Below are positions 25,676-32,669 of a stretch of 32,669 bases of DNA, one piece after another. The notes under the pieces were generated by a model that saw nothing but the letters and a program-made list of their open reading frames with translations, had not been told where the DNA came from and did no database searches. Source of the DNA: a virus (taxonomy: Duplodnaviria; Caudoviricetes); the IMG/VR virus record IMGVR_UViG_3300049859_000126, positions 1-32,669 of that record; one strand, given 5' to 3'. The position numbers and the translations under genes are program-made. Numbering within the stretch: position 1 is the stretch's first letter; every line of letters begins with the position of its first letter.

Positions 25676-28035
25676 CTAAATCAATCTTTGGAAATCATGT
25701 CATCTTTGGGCCTTCCAATGGCCGTCGAATGACTATAAACTATCCTCCAGGCATGTATGTCAGGATAGCTGAGGTCATCAGGGTGTCTTTCTCTTCAAGA
25801 GAACTAGATATAAGATTTCTTGACGGGGACACTGATGATTTGTCAATATACCGTGCAGAGACACTTTTTGGCAGTTACGCGACTCTTGAGGTATCTGAAG
25901 ACTCCACGAGTTACATAGAATGCCCCTCACCTTCGGCTGCGGTGATCGGAAAAGGCGATAGAGTAAATGTTATTGTAGCCAATGAGATATTGTATGTGGT
26001 TTCAAAGTTTGACACTTTTGATTTTCCTAACAGCAACACGGTTGCTGTGTATCCTGACAAAGTGTTGTTGGAGTACCTTACAGGGCTTTGTGTTGACACC
26101 AAGTTTATAGAAGACGAGAACAGTCACATTTCCCTATTACACAACGGGGAGTTAATAAAATTATTGTCAGAAGGGCCTAATTTTGAGACTAATCGAATAC
26201 CCTACAGGCTGCTGAAAGAGATAGCCTGTAGTGACACTTCCTTGATAAGCTACACAGCCATAGACGACGTTGATCAAAGGATTGTAACTTGTGGGGGTGG
26301 CCCTATTCCAGTACAGCCCCTTTGGTTCAACAATTCAATGCGCCAAGGTCGCCGGATAAATGGCCTTCCTGTGATCTCTTCAGCCCCCTACGGCAAGACA
26401 GACTATACAGGCTCCCTTTCTTTATATTCAAGCGCATTTGAGGATGTTTATTCTTCGGATTCCCACCCACTTGAAGGTCCCACGTTATCCCATTACTATC
26501 GAGGTGAGTCTATTCTTTGGTTCGAGGATGATGACCCGGAGTGGGTGCTTGCTATAGCTGTGTTCCCATCTTGGGAATTATGTAAGTACATAAAGTTTAT
26601 TGAAATCCCTGTTTATGGGTGGTCTGAAGTTGCTTTGAATAATGCTGATGTGGATGACGTGTTCTCTCTGGTTGAATACAAGAGGTATGAAAAATATATT
26701 CGGGAGATTTACACCTTACAGAGGTCTTGGATTGATTGGAACACAGTAGCTTCTAGTGTGGAGTACAGTGATTCACTCCATAAGGCTCTAATCATCCCAG
26801 CCATAAAGGTGTCCGCTAACAAATACAAGTTTGCGATACAGGATGGTTTCGGTTACTCGAATGGTTCGGAAATCCTATTCTCTGCGAATAAGCAGAAATT
26901 GATTTATGGGACTGTGGAGCGGAAGCTACGTGGAGGCTCCTTGGCACCAAATGGGTCTCCTTTTGATTATGAAATAAAGCATGATAACCCGCTATCTGCT
27001 GTCACAACTGTGAGTCTATGGTATGATATGACCTTTAGGTATTCAACTACACCGTATATCTGGGAGTCTCAAGTTACTCCACCACAGGCTGAAAATGAGT
27101 CTTGGAAATGCTACACTGACGGGGTTAATTCGTTGTTCAAGAAAATTAAAATAGACTACTATGCAGAAGGGTTTTACCCAAATTACCCTTGGGATGATGA
27201 AGAGAATGATGGACAATGGGATGGTGATGTCAGCGGCTTGTTTCTTGTTGATAATAATTTTAATGAATTCATATATTGGAATAACACTAGCAACCTGGTA
27301 TGTGAGTATAGATTTCATTTTCATTTTACTACAGGGGACTTCACACTAAATCAGAGTATCCCGGTATTCCATTATGCAAATATTGAGATGGGGTTGTTTG
27401 TTATCGAGCTAATCCAGATGAACTTGAAAAACAGTTTTGGGCTGAACATGCCCTTAAATGTCGAGGAAAGCAGCCACAAACGAAAATTCATTGCATGGTT
27501 CAGGGGTTCCGTGTATAATCTATTTGAGGTTGATCTGCCGTATGCCGACGGCGACCTTTTTCCGCCAATCCTTAATTTTTGGCCTTGGTTCCTTGACGCA
27601 AACACACCACCGAAGCCTACGTTACCTCCAGGTGAAGAAGATTATGATGTCACTGGGGAGTGGAGTTCAATTTTTTACCTGGCACCGTTCTGCTGGTACT
27701 TTGTTGAACCCTCTCCTGGATACTCCCTTAAAGCAGTTTCGTACCCGACGTTCCAAGGTGATGTATCTTCAGTGCTCTTTGCAAGTGCAATTAACAAAGA
27801 GAACTTAGACACTGATCTAAGGTCAGATTACTTAAAGGTGACTGTTGATCCAGGGGGTAACTCTTGGAGTATCTTTGTTAAAAATGTTATAGAACTCACT
27901 GGAAGTAGGAGTATCAGTTTTCCTTCTGGTGGTGGTTCTACTGTGGGTGATGGGGGCAACGTGTTATTCAGTGTATCAGGTTCTTTGCCCCAATACATGG
28001 TACCCCCTGTAACTAAAACTATTGAAATAAAATGA
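25672..28035 (+). CDS. Large acidic hypothetical tail-module protein (787 aa)
   Basis: Coupled ORF; no family recognised. Confidence 0.7.
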   Translation: MTKSIFGNHVIFGPSNGRRMTINYPPGMYVRIAEVIRVSFSSRELDIRFLDGDTDDLSIYRAETLFGSYATLEVSEDSTSYIECPSPSAAVIGKGDRVNVIVANEILYVVSKFDTFDFPNSNTVAVYPDKVLLEYLTGLCVDTKFIEDENSHISLLHNGELIKLLSEGPNFETNRIPYRLLKEIACSDTSLISYTAIDDVDQRIVTCGGGPIPVQPLWFNNSMRQGRRINGLPVISSAPYGKTDYTGSLSLYSSAFEDVYSSDSHPLEGPTLSHYYRGESILWFEDDDPEWVLAIAVFPSWELCKYIKFIEIPVYGWSEVALNNADVDDVFSLVEYKRYEKYIREIYTLQRSWIDWNTVASSVEYSDSLHKALIIPAIKVSANKYKFAIQDGFGYSNGSEILFSANKQKLIYGTVERKLRGGSLAPNGSPFDYEIKHDNPLSAVTTVSLWYDMTFRYSTTPYIWESQVTPPQAENESWKCYTDGVNSLFKKIKIDYYAEGFYPNYPWDDEENDGQWDGDVSGLFLVDNNFNEFIYWNNTSNLVCEYRFHFHFTTGDFTLNQSIPVFHYANIEMGLFVIELIQMNLKNSFGLNMPLNVEESSHKRKFIAWFRGSVYNLFEVDLPYADGDLFPPILNFWPWFLDANTPPKPTLPPGEEDYDVTGEWSSIFYLAPFCWYFVEPSPGYSLKAVSYPTFQGDVSSVLFASAINKENLDTDLRSDYLKVTVDPGGNSWSIFVKNVIELTGSRSISFPSGGGSTVGDGGNVLFSVSGSLPQYMVPPVTKTIEIK

Positions 28036-30011
28036 GCCAACAGTGGATTACGGACGTAACCAGGGGGGTTCCTAATAATGCTAACTCCTGGGTCAGGATA
28101 CCAGATTCCTACTCAGGTGTCAAGTCCTCAAAAGACTTGGTAGAAGGTCGCTTTGACAAAACTGCCGAACTTGCTGGAATAGCATTAGAGAATGCCTTAG
28201 CTTTTAAAGATAAACTCGACACACTGATAACGGATTTAGATAAACACAAAGTTGTTCCTATCAAAGTAGATGTACCTGATATAGACTACCCGAATGTTAA
28301 GCCAATTAAGACACTCGGAGACTCTGGTATCCCCTCAACTGTCTGGCCCTCCAATACGGCCAGAGTACCCTTTTTACGAGACTTACCTACCCCGACGGAG
28401 GTGAATACAGACCTCCCTCCCCTGGTTGGCCCAGAGTATGCAGACATTCAACAACCCATCATCGGAGATGTTGAAAGACCCACTACGCCTCTCATAAATA
28501 GAGTACCTACCCCGGAAGAGCCTTCATACACTCTCCCTATCGAACCAGTAATAACTGATTTGGTGGTACCCACCCCACCCCTATTGGTTATTCCAGAGTT
28601 TGAGGCGACCCTTGAGATAATTGAAGAGAACTTGTGTCTCCCTACGGGGTTTAACTGGGAGTCTTCTCCATATAACTCAGAAATCTGGGAGACGTTCCTA
28701 CAAAAAGTCCTCAAAGGGCTGAATGAAGGTGGAACGGGGTTAGCTCCTGAAGTCGAACAGGCAATCTACAATAGAGCGATCTATAGACAGCAGATAGAGA
28801 ATGACCGAGCTGTTCACAATGCTGAAAACTATTTTGCTGCTAAAGGCTTTACACTTCCTCCAGGCGCAGTGGCAAGTAGAGTCCAAGAAATCTCAATTGA
28901 AATCCTTAGAGCCAACACAGACCTTAATGAGAAGATAGCTATAGGGCAGGCCGAACTCGCCCAGAAGAATGAGCACTTCTATGTCGAAATGGCTCGGCAG
29001 GCTGAAGTTATTCTTCGTGAATTCTTCAGCACCCAAGAGAACAGGATGTTAGAGGCTGCTAAAACAACTGTGCTCATGAGTATTGAAGTTTTCAAAGCCT
29101 ATATCAGCAAGCAAAGCCTTCAGATTGAGGTATATAGATCACATTTACTCGCTTATACCGAGAGCATAAAGGCAACCCTTGCCAGAGTTGACATCTACAA
29201 AGCAGAAATCGAAGCAGTCATAGCCGCATCGAACCTTCAGCGAACAAGAGTTGAACTTTACTCGGCTCAAGTTGGAGCTTTAGAAGTTCTTGGGAAGTTC
29301 TACAATACTCGTTTACAGTCTGTTGAATTAGCCCAGAAAGTAGAAAACACCAAAATTGACATCTTTAAGATAGAAATTGAAGCATATTCAGCTCAACTGG
29401 CTGCGGAGAAGAACAAGGTTGACATCTTCTCAGCCCTTAATGAAGCCGAACGTACAAAGGCAGTGACTTTTGGAGAAAAAGTTAAAGCCCGAATCTCCGA
29501 ATTAGAAGCAAAGAAGATTCAATTTGAACTTCAAGTTCAGCAACTCAATGCTGTGGTGCAATCAAATTCCGCAGAACTTGAGAGGTACAATAGTGAACTC
29601 TCCGCGTATAGCATCCAGGTTGATTCTAAGGCAAAGGAAGTTGGTGCCTATGTAGAGGCTTACAAAGCTGAAATCTCCGCATATATAGCTGAAAATAGCA
29701 GTTATGATAGCTACTACTCTGCTAAGATAAAAGAAGCTGATCTGACAATACAGGAAGCCAAGCTGAATCTTGACTTGCAAATAGCGAATATATCCGCTAA
29801 AAATGACTCATTCCTAGCAATCAAGAAACTGCAATTAGGGGCGACCGAGGGCGTTATGAATGTGTCTTCACAACTGACCGCTTCTGCTCTTTCCGCTGTC
29901 AATGCCTCGGCCTCCTTTGGTTACAGCGGCAATGAGAATTTAGGTCATCAATTTAGTTATGGTGCGCAAATTTCTGAAAGCCACTCTATCCCTCATGACC
30001 CCCCTCAGTGA
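28032..30011 (+). CDS. Internal virion/tail protein with a Pro-rich region and long coiled coil (659 aa)
   Basis: GGTGL...VEQAIY.RA and AKGF.LPPGA motifs; long heptad-like region. Confidence 0.65.
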   Translation: MSQQWITDVTRGVPNNANSWVRIPDSYSGVKSSKDLVEGRFDKTAELAGIALENALAFKDKLDTLITDLDKHKVVPIKVDVPDIDYPNVKPIKTLGDSGIPSTVWPSNTARVPFLRDLPTPTEVNTDLPPLVGPEYADIQQPIIGDVERPTTPLINRVPTPEEPSYTLPIEPVITDLVVPTPPLLVIPEFEATLEIIEENLCLPTGFNWESSPYNSEIWETFLQKVLKGLNEGGTGLAPEVEQAIYNRAIYRQQIENDRAVHNAENYFAAKGFTLPPGAVASRVQEISIEILRANTDLNEKIAIGQAELAQKNEHFYVEMARQAEVILREFFSTQENRMLEAAKTTVLMSIEVFKAYISKQSLQIEVYRSHLLAYTESIKATLARVDIYKAEIEAVIAASNLQRTRVELYSAQVGALEVLGKFYNTRLQSVELAQKVENTKIDIFKIEIEAYSAQLAAEKNKVDIFSALNEAERTKAVTFGEKVKARISELEAKKIQFELQVQQLNAVVQSNSAELERYNSELSAYSIQVDSKAKEVGAYVEAYKAEISAYIAENSSYDSYYSAKIKEADLTIQEAKLNLDLQIANISAKNDSFLAIKKLQLGATEGVMNVSSQLTASALSAVNASASFGYSGNENLGHQFSYGAQISESHSIPHDPPQ

Positions 30012-30913
30012 TCACCATGCTTGAGAAAAGGAAGAAAGACGAGTACACCATCGGGAATACACGAGTTGAGACCTTTAGTGGCGGAGGACAGCCAAATGAT
30101 ATAGTGTTGTCTCCTATCCAGCCAAATACTCCCAACGTTCGTCGTGCTCCGTTAGTCCAGAGACCCGACGCGCCGGTGGCAGCTCCCACGGAGCCGACCC
30201 TCCTCACGAAAGAAAACTCCACGCTGGGCTGGCAGGCTCGCATTGCTGCGAACCGTGATCTGGCGGACAACTACCGGACGCAGCTCCAAACGACCACTCA
30301 AGCAGGCATCGCTGGGGCCTCTGATCGAAGTGCTCTTGAACGAACAAGGGCCTCCAATGCGTCAGCAGAGCAGATCGCTGCCGGGGGCAATGCCGCTGCC
30401 GCTGCTCGCCAGGCTGCTGGCGCGACGAGTGAGGCCACTCTCCTGGGTACCAAGATCAGTGCCGATGAGCGGATGAAAGAGACTGATAGGGCTTTCACCG
30501 AAAAGCAGACCGGCAGACGTGAGGTCTTCGACCAAGGCATGGAAGAGCGAAAGCAGCAGGCCCTACTTGATGCGCAGCGCGAAGCAACGGGAGCCGAACT
30601 CTTTTCCAAGGGGGCTTTTGAGAGTCCAGGGGCCTATTATAACTTCACTCGCATGGGGTCTGTTGGAGGGATGAAGGTGCCCACGCAACAAAAAGATTAT
30701 AAGTATTTTGACCCAGTGTTCGAGAAAACCTCCGACCCTAATGCTACCCCACGTATGCTTGTACCTCCAAAGGTATTTGACCCAGCCACGGGGGAATCAA
30801 AGTATGACTTGGAGGATGTGCCGACAGCAGATGCCTTAGCTATGGCTGAGAAGATTTTAGCTGACGCGAAGAAAAGAAGGGAACAAGAGGACAAAAAACA
30901 TGGGACTCCTTGA
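30008..30913 (+). CDS. Putative DNA ejection/pilot-type internal protein (301 aa)
   Basis: Ala/Gln-rich helical protein upstream of a large internal protein. Confidence 0.5.
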   Translation: MITMLEKRKKDEYTIGNTRVETFSGGGQPNDIVLSPIQPNTPNVRRAPLVQRPDAPVAAPTEPTLLTKENSTLGWQARIAANRDLADNYRTQLQTTTQAGIAGASDRSALERTRASNASAEQIAAGGNAAAAARQAAGATSEATLLGTKISADERMKETDRAFTEKQTGRREVFDQGMEERKQQALLDAQREATGAELFSKGAFESPGAYYNFTRMGSVGGMKVPTQQKDYKYFDPVFEKTSDPNATPRMLVPPKVFDPATGESKYDLEDVPTADALAMAEKILADAKKRREQEDKKHGTP

Positions 30914-32669
30914 TCAGATCATTGACGAGCTTGAAAGGCGTAAGGCTGCTGAAGCCCCGCAGGTTCCTCAACCAGAGGAGTATTCATTGCCGGGGCGAGT
31001 AGGCAGCCGCTTCATAGCTGGTTCCGTTCAAGCTCTGGGTAACACGGGAGGGGGCCTAAGTGCTGTAGGTGCGTCTCTGTCCAACCCTACACGCCTTCAG
31101 AGCGAAAAAGAGTATCTGGAGCAAAATCCGGGGGAACGGCCCGCTTTTGAGAAGGCCCACACAGAAAGATACGGGTCAACCGGGGGTGTTTGGGATGTTT
31201 CAGGCAACCCTGATATACCTATGCCTGCGCCTCTGAAGTCAGATAGAAATAGTGTTGTGTTGGGTGGTTACTCTCCTTTTGTGTCCCCAGAGAAGCGTAT
31301 TGTCAAGAAAACACCAGACGAGTACACTCTCTTCGATCGTGCGGGGGTTCAAGCGGCCCCTGTACTTAAAACAACTGGTGATTTCTATACCCAAAAAGCA
31401 GATAAGATACTGAAGAATAATTCTCAATGGGAGATGCCTGAACACCTAAAGGGGCGAGGGGCACTTGAAACCCTGTATGCTTCAGATGTAACTTTCAAAG
31501 ACAAGATGACGGTGTTCCTTGGTGCCCTGGCTGAGAACACCCCACAGATGGCAGCATCACTTGCAGCTCCCATTGTCGGGGCGAGCGTAGGCTCGCTGGC
31601 TGGGCCAGGAGGAACTACTGCTGGACTGTACGCCGGATTAAGCGTCGGGATGGGCAGTAATTTCCTGATGGAGACTGGTGGAGTTTATAATGACCTGAGA
31701 GCCAAGCATCCAGAAATAGCTGAAGATCAGTTGGCGGACACCGCCATTGCACACGGGGTAGTTGCATCAGCTCTTGAGATGCTGCCTGTCGTTTCACTCT
31801 TCAACCGAGTCCCTGGACTAAAGAAAGCCCTTGTCAGCGGCACAGTCCAAGAACTTATGCAACGCCCCCAACTGGCTAAGAGGATCGTGGCAGGCTTGGT
31901 TGGTGAAGGGCTATCTGAAGGAGCTACAGAAGCCCTGCAAGAACTCTCTGCCAACGTAGCAAAGAAAGTTTATGACGAGAACCAATCGTTAACTCAGGGG
32001 ATGGCCGAATCAGCCTTCCTGGGTTTCGTCATGGGCGGCGTAGGGAGTGGAGCTACAGCTATAGCGACCCAACCTTCCGCAGTTAAACAGTATCAGTTGA
32101 GCAAGCTCAACGAGATGTCCTCTGCTGAGTTGAAAGCACTGGCGGATAACCCTGAAGCACTGACAAAGGAGGGCTATGACAGGTCTGAAGTTGTACAGTC
32201 CATGCGTTTGATCAGAAACTTGGAAAGCGCAGGCGAACGACAGCCCCGACCCGTTGGAATTGAACCAACTAACATTGAGCCTGTGGAGGTCAAGTCAGAA
32301 AAGAAACTTAGAGCAGCCAACCTTCCTATTGAACAGTTGGAGCTTTTAAAGGCAGAACCCGAAAAACTTAAGGCATATAACACCACACCCCTGGTTATTG
32401 ACAGTCTTATAAAAGAGAAGCAGGGTGAACGTGACTTCATAGACAGGTACGAAAATCTCCTCAATTCTGCGCCAACTGAAGCAGTTAGAAAGGGCATAGA
32501 GTCATCACTCCAAGGGGAGTATTATAAAAAGTTGAAGGGTGCAGCCGTGCAGCCTGAAGCCGTGCAGCCTGAAGCCGTGCAGCCTGAAGCCGTGCAGCCT
32601 GAAGCCGTGCAGCCTGAAGCCGTGCAGCCTGAAGCCGTGCAGCCTGAAGCCGTGCAGCCTGAAGCCGTG
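30900..32669 (+). CDS. Large internal virion protein, partial (runs off the right edge); MGLLDQIIDELERRK...
   Basis: ATG at 30900 overlaps the previous gene; Gly/Ala hydrophobic helices and an EGLSEGATEALQE motif; apparently no stop in the window (start and end translated by hand, absent from the ORF track). Confidence 0.75.
   Translation, partial: MGLLDQIIDELERRKAAEAPQVPQPEEYSLPGRVGSRFIAGSVQALGNTGGGLSAVGASLSNPTRLQSEKEYLEQNPGERPAFEKAHTERYGSTGGVWDVSGNPDIPMPAPLKSDRNSVVLGGYSPFVSPEKRIVKKTPDEYTLFDRAGVQAAPVLKTTGDFYTQKADKILKNNSQWEMPEHLKGRGALETLYASDVTFKDKMTVFLGALAENTPQMAASLAAPIVGASVGSLAGPGGTTAGLYAGLSVGMGSNFLMETGGVYNDLRAKHPEIAEDQLADTAIAHGVVASALEMLPVVSLFNRVPGLKKALVSGTVQELMQRPQLAKRIVAGLVGEGLSEGATEALQELSANVAKKVYDENQSLTQGMAESAFLGFVMGGVGSGATAIATQPSAVKQYQLSKLNEMSSAELKALADNPEALTKEGYDRSEVVQSMRLIRNLESAGERQPRPVGIEPTNIEPVEVKSEKKLRAANLPIEQLELLKAEPEKLKAYNTTPLVIDSLIKEKQGERDFIDRYENLLNSAPTEAVRKGIESSLQGEYYKKLKGAAVQPEAVQPEAVQPEAVQPEAVQPEAVQPEAVQPEAVQPEAV
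32544..32669. repeat. Perfect 15-bp tandem repeat (GCCGTGCAGCCTGAA) at least x8.4, encoding AVQPE
   Basis: Read directly from the sequence; truncated by the window end. Confidence 0.97.

Noticed and set aside
18004-28035. Diversity-generating retroelement targeting tail genes
   Set aside because: No RT and no template/variable repeat pair noticed; a self dot-plot on the full genome would be decisive.
6041-32497. Numerous short antisense or alternate-frame ORFs within late genes
   Set aside because: Shadow ORFs of long coding genes with no independent signals.
1-32669. TAG stop-codon reassignment
   Set aside because: No accepted gene ends in TAG, but genes are full-length and tightly packed under the standard code, so recoding is not needed.
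1-32669. tRNA, rRNA, integrase or att sites
   Set aside because: None recognised by eye; lifestyle cannot be determined from this window.

Overview
The window is part of a tailed dsDNA phage genome, probably podovirus-like (P22-type portal, N4-gp56/DUF4043-type major capsid), and probably infecting a diderm host (several lipoproteins and a sigma-54-type promoter). It has two divergent arms. A leftward cluster of small early/accessory genes (1-4759) is interrupted by a non-coding block holding a long inverted repeat (about 1530-1890). A tightly coupled rightward late operon (5567 to the end) runs TerS, a cargo block, TerL, portal, scaffold, capsid, neck/tail proteins and internal virion proteins. 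The intergenic switch region (4760-5566) holds two sigma-70 promoters, a sigma-54 consensus, palindromic boxes, 15- and 38-bp tandem arrays and a G-quadruplex-like run. Most notable: (1) a TerS-TerL cargo with three membrane/lipoproteins, a DUF2252 kinase-like protein and an Acb2/Tad1-like protein, plus a Tad2/DUF2829 homolog behind the capsid gene; (2) an over-represented 9-mer, CCCCTGGTT; (3) about 12 unrelated tandem repeats or duplications; (4) a nested 66-bp perfect inverted repeat around an AT-rich core; (5) a CAP/SdrD-B protein inside the tail module. All family calls come from motif recognition by eye; no database search was run.
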